Shown piece after piece: positions 39,871 through 49,144 of a stretch of 64,000 nucleotides of DNA. A program made the position numbers and the translations under genes. Source of the DNA: Mobula hypostoma (lineage: Eukaryota); contig NC_086108.1 of assembly GCF_963921235.1 (NCBI RefSeq), forward strand, positions 14,880,001-14,944,000, given 5' to 3'. The notes under the pieces were generated by a model. The model saw only the letters and a list, made by a program, of their open reading frames with translations, searched no databases and was not told the DNA's origin. How positions within the stretch are numbered: the stretch's first letter is position 1; every line of letters starts with the position of its first letter.

Positions 39871-41216
39871 CTGTTCAATCCAATTTATTACCTCATCTTC
39901 AATGCCAAGCAACTGAACTTTCTTGACCAGCCTCCCATGGAGATTGTCAAATGCCTTGCTAAAGTCAAAGATAATCCACTGCCTTGCCTTCATCAACTAT
40001 CCTGACTTCCTCAAAATACTATGAGATTGGTTAGACATGACCTGCCACACAAGAAGCCATGCTGACTATCCCTAAAAAGTCTCCGTCTATCCGAATACTT
40101 ATATATCCAGTCCCTTAGAGTTCCTTCCAATAGCTTTCCCACTGCTGATGTCAGGCTTACCAACCTATAATTCCTGGCTTATTCTTCCAGCCTTGCTTAA
40201 ACAGCTGAACAACATTAGCCATCCTCCAGTATCTAACCTGTCATTAAGGATGATTTAAAAATCCCTGCAATTTCTGCACTAGCCTTCCGTAGGGTCCAAG
40301 GGAACACCTTATCAGGCTTTGGGGATTTTCCTCAAGACAGCTAACACCTCCTCCTCTGTAATCTGTATAAGGTCCATGACCTCGCGCGGCTTTGCCTCAC
40401 TTCTATAGACTTTTCGTGTCTGTCTTCTGAGTAATTACAGATGCAAAAGATACGTTTAAGATCTCCCCTATTTCTTCTGGCTCCACACATGGATTGCCAT
40501 TCTGATCTTCCAGAGGACCAATTTTGTCACTTGCAATCCTTTTGCTCTTAATATATCTGTAGAATCTCTTAGGGTTCTCCTTCACCTTGTCCGCTAGAGC
40601 AACCTCATGCCTTCTTTTAGCCTTCCTGATTTCTTTCTTAAGTGTTCTCTTGCATTTTTATACTCCATAAGTATCTCATTTGTTCCTACCTTCCTATAAC
40701 CGCTATGCACCTCCTTTTTTCTGAACAAGGGCCTCAATATCTCTCAAAAAACAAAGTTCCTTAAACCTGTTATCCTTATTTTTATTCTGACAGGCACATA
40801 CAAGCTTTGTACTCTCAAACTTTCGCTTTTGAAGGTCTTCTAATTCCAAGTGCACCTTCACCAGAAAAAGCCTGACCAATCCACACTTGCCAGATCCTTT
40901 CTGATACCATCAAAATTGGCCTTTCTCCGATTTTGAATCTCTACCAAGGACTAGACCTACCTTTTTCCATAATTACTTTGAAATTAATGGCATTATGATC
41001 ACTAGATGCAAAGTGTTCACCTACACAAACTTTTGTGACCTGCCCTGTCTCGTTCCCTAATAGGAGGTCAAGTATTGAACACTCTATGGGATTTCAATGT
41101 ACTGATTAAGGAAGCTTTCCTGAACACATTTGATAAACTCTTTCCCAGCTAGTCCTTTTACAGTATGGAGTCCCAGTCAATATGTGGAAAGTTCAAAACA
41201 CCTACTGTCATAACCT

Positions 41217-41650
41217 AAAAAATGCTGGTGAACACAGCAGGCCAGGCAGCATCTATAGGAAGAGGTACAGTCGACGTTTTTCTCCCTCTGTCCCTCTCAC
41301 TATACTCCTTGCCCATCCTCTGGGCTTCCCCCCTCCCCTTTTCTTTCTCCCTAGGCCTCCCGACCCATGATCCTCTCCCTTCTCCAGCCTCATATCCCTT
41401 TTGCCAATCAACTTTCCAGCTCTTAGCTCCATCCCTCCCCCTCCTGTCTCCTCCTATCATTTCAGATCTCCCCCTCCCCTCCCTCTTTCAAATCTCTTAC
41501 TATCTCTTCTTTCAGTTAGTCCTGACGAAGGGTCTCAGCCCGAAAAGTCGACTGTACCTCTTCCTATAGATGCTGCCTGGCCTGCTGCGTTCACCAGCCT
41601 TTTTTATGTGTGTTCCTTGAAATTCCAGCATCTGCAGATTTCCTCATGTT
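41217..41650 (+). mobile_element. Penelope-derived insertion with inverted 5' part, hammerhead motif and 14-bp TSD
   Basis: TACTGTCATAACCT at 41203-41216 and 41651-41664; 41221-41279 is the reverse complement of ~41545-41598; CTGACGA..GAAA at 41522-41545. Confidence 0.85.
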
Positions 41651-41979
41651 TACTGTCATAACCTTATGCTTTTGTAACAATTGGTGATCTCTCTACAAAT
41701 TTATTTCTCTAAATCCCTAGGACTGTTGGGTGGTCTATAATATAACCCCCTTAAAGTGGTCTCACATTTCCTATTCCTCAGGTACACCCATAACACCTCA
41801 CTAGCTGAGTTCTGCAGTCTGTCCTGACAGAGCACTGCAAAGACATTTTCCCTGACGAGTAACTCTATCCCTCCCCCTTTAATCCCTCCTCCTCTGTCTC
41901 ATCAAAAACAACTGAACACCAAAATATTGAGCTGCCAGGTACAGGAGTCTTTGGTGTTGGCCAACATTTGATTAGTGCA

Positions 41980-42202
41980 TGTTGTGTATGTGGCTGGGTT
42001 ACACAACCAGGCTATAAATAAGAATTCTGGAGACGGAAGATAGGTTAACAGGGTTCTTCACTGACTGAAACCGAACTGAACACACACATACAGATCAATA
42101 CGCGCCTAATAACGCATGCTCAATACGTGCCTAATAGCGCATGCAACAACGTGTCCCTACAACATAAAGTGATCTCATATTATACAGTAGCTATCCAGTA
42201 CA
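41980..42202 (-). repeat. 3' LTR
   Basis: Minus strand begins TGTACTG right after AAAAGGGGAGGAG and ends ACACAACA; homologous to 45850-45999. Confidence 0.85.
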
Positions 42203-42456
42203 CTCCTCCCCTTTTATTTTAATGGTGTATCAACTGTTTTTTTGACTGGGACACTACACTAAACAAGTATGTTTACCCTTCACATACAAACGCCTACTAA
42301 TTGTTTACTTAATAACTTAATAATATCAAATTATAACAAAGTAATGTAATAATATTAAATTATAATAAGCTTTTTTTTAAACTTTTGGTCTAAGACCCAT
42401 TTATAACTCAAGTCTCGGGGGGGGGGGTACTCTGCTCACTGTGCCGTACTTCTCTA

Positions 42457-43257
42457 GGTGATGATTATGTACCAGCAGTAACAGAAGAAATAAGTGAAGC
42501 TCTAGCAAAATTAATCATATTTCGCAAGAGGTGTGATGCATTTTTCATAACTTTGGTCTCCATGGTCTGCTTCAAAGATGACTTGCCACCAACAAAAGAA
42601 GCGCTGTCTCTGCTAGTTATTCAAAAGTCGGGGCAATCCAATGACTCACAGAAAGATCAGTACTTTACCAGTAATCTTTCACCGTTGATGAAGCAGTTGA
42701 TCGAAATCCTGTTGTTTGTTCCATTGTTCTTAAGCTGCTGTTAAAGTACAGTTTTGCTGATATTAAGGATTACCTGCAGAGCTATCTGTCTGAAGTTCAA
42801 CAAAAAACAAATCTTGGTCAAGAAGATGAGACTGAACTCTATGCACTGTTTCTGAATTGTTTGGAGGATTCTATGTATGAAGTTGTTCACAATGCAAGAA
42901 AAGACTGCATACCTGGCTGAAGAGGGAGGATTCCTTCAGATGCACATTCAGCACAAGTGTGAAAATACAACAATAGAAACCTTACAGTTTGTTGCCAAAA
43001 TTTCCCTCTGTTTTGATGCTGTTTCCCAACTTCTTTGTGCAAAACAAGACACATTGGCTGAGGATTCAACACATGTACGTGCAAAAGAAACTTCCCTCCA
43101 AAGGATTAAGTGTATGATTCTCAGTGGAGGAAATGATTGGTTCAAGATTTACCTTGAGCGAAAGCTGTTCTGTTTCAGTGGAATTGATTTTGTCCAAGAG
43201 CTTTTAAGGAATGACCAATTTTCATGGATCTCTCCCAAGGAAATTGTTCAGGAGAAG
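42457..43257 (+). pseudogene. RNF213: Intronless fragment of E3 ligase RNF213 (post-RING region), antisense to the element
   Basis: FRKRCDAFFITLVSMVCFKDDLPP, LSP.DEAVDRNPVV.SIVLKLLLKYSF.DIKDYLQ, ELYALFLNCLEDS, EEGGFL and NDWFKIYL.RKL parallel vertebrate RNF213; frameshifts near 42684 and 42895. Confidence 0.88.
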
Positions 43258-43911
43258 ACGGAGATGCTGGTCTTTTCGGAGATTTAAGCTTATTGAGAGT
43301 CGCAGATCTTCCATTATCCGTTCATCTGTTAACAAGTAACTTAACTGCACAGGTGCAGGTTTTCATCTTTTGTCTGTAATTGGAACAGGGTCATTAGGTC
43401 TCCTCCTTAGTCTCCTAATCATTATTGGCTTTACCTCCACAGAATCTCCTGTGAGTTCCATTGTTAGCCTCTCATTCTCAATCATCTTTTTCTTTTCTTC
43501 TAACTCAATCTTTTCATCTTCAAATTCCTTCACTACTGCTTTCTTCTCTTTAATATAATTCCTTTCCACTTGTTCTGTCTCCAGTTGCAGAAAAAGCTCT
43601 GCATTTCATATTCTTTCCTTGTATTGTTGATCCAGTGTCTTCACCCTTTTCTGATACTCCTGCAAAGTGTCTTCCTGTAACTGCTGTAGCTGTCTTTTGA
43701 GGGATGCCAATTTCTCCTGGTACATCTGCTCTTTTATTTCCAGGTAGTCTTCATCATCCTGCTTATTGGCAATATCCGTCTCCCTTGCATCCTCTGTACC
43801 TTCATCTGAGTCACGGCTACGGATACTGTGTTTGTCCTCATCGTCGACGTTGTCTAGCTCCTCCTCATTGTTGTAATAGCCAACAATGGGTGAGAGGAGA
43901 GCTGCGGACAT
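43245..43911 (-). pseudogene. SUDS3: Intronless 5' part of Sin3-HDAC corepressor subunit SDS3
   Basis: MSAALL...[23 protein letters not shown]...[22 protein letters not shown]...[13 protein letters not shown]...KSPKRPASPSSPE; two TGA stops, one frameshift, 8-codon deletion. Confidence 0.95.
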
Positions 43912-43933
43912 CTTCCCCGCTGAGCTGCCCTCC

Positions 43934-45115
43934 TTTGTTGACACATCTATTGCATTGATGGTGTACCAATCCAACTGGATTTTCCTGAGCCATTCACGTC
44001 CTAGCAACGGTGATCCTCCGTTTTTCAGTACATAGAGGTTCAGCTGCTGTGTTTTGTCTCTGTAGGTCACTGACACTTTAATTTTACCTTTGGGATGCAC
44101 TTTCTGTCCTGTGTAAGTCTTTAGTAGTAGTTTAGTTCGTTTCAGAGGCATGTGAGAAAACAGTCATTTGTAGTCATGTACAGAGATTGCTGTTAAAACT
44201 GAGCCTGTGTCCAACTCCATTTTCAGTCTCACGCCTGCCACTTGTGGAGTGATCCATATTACTCTTTGATCATCTGTCTCTTTCACACTGTGAGGTTGCA
44301 GACAAGACAATTCACCTTTGTCTGAGTCATTTTCATCAGAATTGCTTTCTTTCATTTTGTGCACATTGTTGTATTTTCCTTTCTGGGGTTTCTTGTTTCT
44401 CTGTATTTTGTCCTTTTTCTGCTGTTTACTAGCTTTGCATACTCTGCCAATGTGGCCCTGTTTGCCACAGTTTCTGCATTCTTTATCTTTAACCACAATC
44501 ATCAGGGTCATGTGACCTGTTCCCACAACAGTAACATTTCTTTCCTTCATTTCTGTTTAGTGACATTTTATTTGTGGCATATTCCAGAGATTTTTGTTGT
44601 ATCTCGGAAGCACCTCGTGCGGCTGTTTCCATTGATTTTGCAATGTTCAGCGCCTTCTCTAACGTAAGGTCCCTTTCACACAGAAGCTTCTTCTGTGTGG
44701 TTTCACAGTGCATGCCACACACTAACTTGTCCCTCATTGCGTCCGATAGACCCGCTCCAAATTGACAATGCTCGGATAATTTGCACAATTCAGCACAATA
44801 TTCAGAAATGCTTTCATTTTTGCCCTGATTCCGATTGTGAAATTTAAATCTTTCAGCAATGACCTGTAGTTTGGGGTGTAAATGCTGTTGGAGAGTGTCT
44901 ACTATTTGCTTGAACGTTTTGTCAGCTGGCTTTTCAGGGGTTAACAAGCTCCATAGCAGCCCGTATGTTTTTGCTTCCATAATACTGAGTAAGATGCTGG
45001 CTTTCTTTTCATCATTAACATCGTTAGCATCACAATATAACTTCAGTCTTTCAATGTAAGTTGCCCAGTTTTCAATGCTACTATCAAATGCTGTAATTGT
45101 TCCAATCATCGCCAT
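43934..45115 (-). pseudogene. Gypsy/Mag gag, zinc knuckles and aspartic protease
   Basis: YIERLKLYCDAN...VIAERFKF..RNQ, RDKLVCG, CYCCG..SH..DDC, CRNCGKQGHIGRVC, MELDTGS and LLGREWL; one frameshift ~44490 and a TGA at 44164. Confidence 0.92.
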
Positions 45116-45383
45116 CTTTGTTATGTTAATTTAGTCCCGTTCTCCCTTTTTTTTTGACTCACATGACCTTTTTGCTAGCTCCACGAGTGCACTCCATCTA
45201 GATGTGTGCATGTCACTCCTTTTTATCTCCCTTCTGGGGCAGGCAGACCCTCAGCCCGGGGGTCAGCGCTGGCTGTTGTCTCGCCTGAACTCACTGCAGC
45301 TCCGACTGTGTCTCATGGTCTCCCGACGTTCCCGACCTGCGGCTGTGCTTCCGTTTCCTTTCGGACTCGTGGCCTCGCTCTGC

Positions 45384-45832
45384 CTTGGCTCGTACCTTGT
45401 GCTCTTCATACTCATTCTGAATTTTCTTTGGCCTTTTCTTGTTCAGAATTTCTTCCTCTTCAGGTGGCAGTTTGGCACCCTTCTTCCGACCAAGTGGAAG
45501 GGCAAAGTGAGATTCATACCACTGTCTGAACAATGAGTTCTTTACTAATGTTTTTGTCCTGACCAATTCATTGTTGGAAGCATTGTAAACTACATCAATG
45601 ATCCTGGTCTTCCGTGTACAATATTCGGAACCCCAGGAGTAGTTTCCTGCATCCAACCTCAAAGGGCGATTTTTTTATTTCCACCATGGACTCTCACTGT
45701 GTGGATACGACATGGTCCAATCTTTGTATTTGCAGGAGGACGTTCAAGTTCATATTTTCTCTTTTTATGATATGGCTTCCTTTTACCTCCAGTCTTGCAG
45801 TGTTTGTGCCAATTATTCCAGGACATACCTAT
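45384..45832 (-). pseudogene. RPS8: Intronless 5' two-thirds of 40S ribosomal protein S8
   Basis: [69 protein letters not shown] and [19 protein letters not shown]; start codon reads ATA, frameshift ~45665, short internal deletion. Confidence 0.97.
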
Positions 45833-45849
45833 TCTCAGGTTTCGGCCAC

Positions 45850-45999
45850 TTACACAACCAAGAGGCAAGTTAACAGGGCTCTTTACTGTCCGAAACCGAA
45901 CTGAACACACGCATACCGATCAATACGCGCCTAATAATGCATGCAACGTGTCCCTACAACATAAAGTAGTCCCATATTATACAGTAGCTATACAGTACA
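45850..45999 (-). repeat. 5' LTR, truncated at its inner end
   Basis: Matches 41999-42202 with indels; lacks the final ~20 nt and any PBS, and abuts the RPS8 leader. Confidence 0.85.
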
Positions 46000-48509
46000 G
46001 TGCGGTTTGTGGATTGGTCTCACTTTTAGAGGAGTGCAGTTCATGTCATGTTTTTTTCTGACTTCCAGTTACTCCTCCTTTATTGTCATTTTGTGCGATG
46101 TTGATCAGGGCGTTCTGGATCTGCAGCTTGCAGTCAACAAAAGGAGACAGCGCTAAATTGAACTGAACTGAACCAAACTGAGCTTTCCTAGACTGCTTCC
46201 AGGCTGTGCAGTTATGTTTAATATTCTGGCGTTTGGCGTTCGTGTGATTTGTTCTTTTTTTATGTGTGTGTTGGGTGTTTGATGTTTTCTTTGAGTGGAT
46301 TCCATGCTGGCTGTCTGTGAGATGACAGGTCTCAGAGTTGTATTCTTCATACATACTTTGATAATAAATGTACTTTGGATCTTTGAATCTTTCAATCTTT
46401 GGCCCATGCCTGAGCTCATCTGCCTTTGCTGCAATACTTCTTGCATTGCACTATTCAGAAGATTAATCGCACCATGCTCAATCTTTTGATTCCTGACTTT
46501 GTCTGAGGTCTTAACAACATCTGTCTGCACAACCTCTGCACTAATTGTTCTGGCACTCTGGTTCACATCCCCCTGCAATTCTGATTTAACCCCCCTCCTG
46601 CCAGGCAGTACTAGCAAACCTTCCTGCCAGGATATTAGTTTAGGTGCAAATCGTCCCTTCTGTACAAGTCCCACCTTCCATGGAAGCAGGGATTCCCACA
46701 CTGGGGTTCACAGACCCCTCGTTAATGGTGAGGGTCCACGGCATAACAAAAGGCTGGGAACCCTTGCCAGGAAGAGAGCCCAATGATCCAAAAATATGAA
46801 GACCTCGCTCCTTCACCAACTCTTTATCCACATGTTAAACTGTATGACCTTCCTATTTTTGGTGGCACTAACACATGGTACAGATTGCAATCCCAAGATC
46901 ACAACCCTGGAGGTCCTGCCCTTTAACTTAGCACCTAACTCCCTGAACCTACTTTGCAGGATCTCGTCACTCTTCCTATCTGAGTCATTGGTAGCTACAT
47001 GGGCCATGACCTCTGGCTCACCCTCCCACTTATGAATGCCAAGGACTTGATCCAAGACGTCCCGGACACTGGCACCTGGGAGGCAACATACCATTAGGAA
47101 ATCTCATTCTCATCCACAGAACCTCCTTTTTGTTCCCCTAACTAACAAATCCCCTAACACCACGGTTAGCCTCTTCTCCCCCACCCCCCACTTCCCTTCT
47201 GAATCACAGAGCCAGCCTCAGTGCCAGAGACCTGATCAATGTGTCTTTCCTCTGCTAGGTCATTCCCCCTCCAACAGTATCCAAAGTGGTGTACTTGTTG
47301 AGGGGGATGGCTACAACAGTACTCTGCACTGGTGTTTAAACCCTTTTCCCTTCCTGACTGTTACCCAATTTCCTGCACCCTGCACCATGGATGTAATTAC
47401 CTCTCTATATGTCCTATCTATCACCCCCTTAGCCTCCTGAATTATCCAGAGATCATCCAATTCCAGCTCCAACTCCTTAATTCAGAATGTTAGAAGCTGC
47501 AGCTGGATGCACTTCTTGCAGGTGAAGTTGTATAATGGGAAAATTATTCCCATTATATTTCAAAATCTTGGCTACAGCAGCCAATCAATAACAGTAGCAT
47601 ACAGAACGTCATTTCATCCTTGATGGGTCACTTTTTAATGTCACAAGTTCATCCCCCTGCTCTGCATGTCAAACAGTGTGTCCACAAAGGAATCATTGCT
47701 TCACTCTTTTGGCCATTGGCACATTCCACGTTTGGAAAAATACTGCGATCACAAGTCAGGAGTAATTCTGGGTGTTGTGGAAAAATACCTGAGCCAAAAG
47801 CCTCCTGTGTTTCTCATTATCATCACAGACTTATCAAAGTTTGATAAGAACCCTAGCTTTAGAAGGAAGAAACAACTCCCCCTGCCTCACACACTCTGTA
47901 CATTACAACTGTTCGTGCAAAGACTGTGCACATCAATACTGCAGACACACCAGATATTCTGCTGTTACTATCATAGGCTAGGGAAACAGGAAAACTTTCC
48001 TATACTTTTTTGAAATACCCCATCAATATTCAACAGCCCTTTTGGTTTGTCATTCTGCCTGAAAGAGCACAGCTCCTTGCTGTCAAATGCCAAGTGTCAT
48101 TTTAAATCTGTAGCTTGAGAGCACTGAGTCTCCATGGTGTCCGGGTGGAACCATCTCCCTTGCACAAGATGACGGTGTCAGCCTTTCCCTATCATTCCAA
48201 CTCAATGTCTCTGCCCTTTGGCATTTAATTCACAGTTTTAATGGGAGTGCTATTCATTAATCAGCAGAGAAAAATCTCATCTAATCTTTTGAATTTAGTG
48301 GATAAGCACAATAAAAAGCTGAATGATAATTGATAAGACTGTACACTATTTCAAGAAACAGTTGCAGTGAAGTTTATTCCATGTATTGGTCAGGCTCAGT
48401 TACAGTCTACAAAGAACACATTCAGCCCCAGCATTCAATCAAATGCCATCGTGTTTATTTCTCCCATGTAATCCAATCACCTGTCAAAATAAAGTTGAAA
48501 TAAAAGTCA

Positions 48510-49130
48510 GCATCTTACCACACGGGGCCCTCCAATGGTCGGAGTCGACCATCATTGCTGCGGCCTAGCTGTCTACGTTATTATGCAAACTACGGCAGTA
48601 CAATATGGAAACCAGCCGGTTTCCAACACAGCAGCCTCCCCCTCTTCATGCAGCTGATGAATCCGAAGGAACAGCAGGGACTGAGACAGATTTGCACCAG
48701 CAACGTTGTCACAGGAGTCGCCAGTCAGCATTGAAGTCAACGTAGAGCTGCCTTGCCCACTCCAGCTCTGGATTTTTCCTCAGGGTTTACTCCCAAAGCC
48801 TTCCCCATGAGTGGATATAACCGTAAGGCAGTGGAAGTTTCAGATCAGAGTTTCCCTTCTCCTAAATGAGCTGCCAACCGCAGCTGACGAATCCCATCTG
48901 CCCAAAGTGATTGGTTTTAAGGTGGGAGTCACCCACCTTTGCCCCTTATCCTGTCAGAGGAAATGGTTCTGCCGGGCTTTGTAGCTAAGCCACATGTGAA
49001 GGCCAGGAGCTGGACTTGGTTGTCAGAGGCTATTTTAGACACATGCCACTGGGAGCATTTAATATATAGTGGGAGCTTATCCCAACTAGCACCCCTGGTT
49101 ATGACAACCTCAAGGAACCAACCCGTATAT
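48510..49130. mobile_element. Probable non-autonomous interspersed repeat
   Basis: Discrete non-coding block resembling RTE/SINE-type repeats; family not securely assigned. Confidence 0.35.
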
Positions 49131-49144
49131 CAAAGTCCCTAATT

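Larger units (their letters stand above)
41980..45999 (-). mobile_element. Gypsy/Mag LTR retrotransposon with pol replaced by captured host mRNA fragments
   Basis: 3' LTR 41980-42202 (TG...CA), PPT 42203-42220, 5' LTR remnant 45850-45999, flanks GTGCA/GTGCG, gag-ZnK-protease 43934-45115, pol C-terminal tail ~42401-42455. Confidence 0.9.
38220..47530 (-). mobile_element. Long decayed CR1 (ORF1 ~46400-47530, ORF2 ~38300-41935) hosting nested inserts
   Basis: ORF1 esterase VCCLPGASVRDV; ORF2 KENPKRFYRYIKSKR and RPNLEYCV; interrupted by Rex1-like, Penelope, SINE-like and LTR elements. Confidence 0.8.

Noticed and set aside
42457..43257. Real exon of a resident RNF213 gene (tctctag precedes it)
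   Set aside because: It is frameshifted, enclosed between LTRs, and no other RNF213 exons appear in the window.
45384..45832. Functional RPS8 gene or ordinary LINE-made pseudogene
   Set aside because: Start codon is mutated, there is a frameshift, and it has no 3' end, poly(A) or TSD of its own.
48651..48700. Hammerhead ribozyme at CTGATGAATCCGAAGGA
   Set aside because: No correctly placed GAAA-N-UH core follows.
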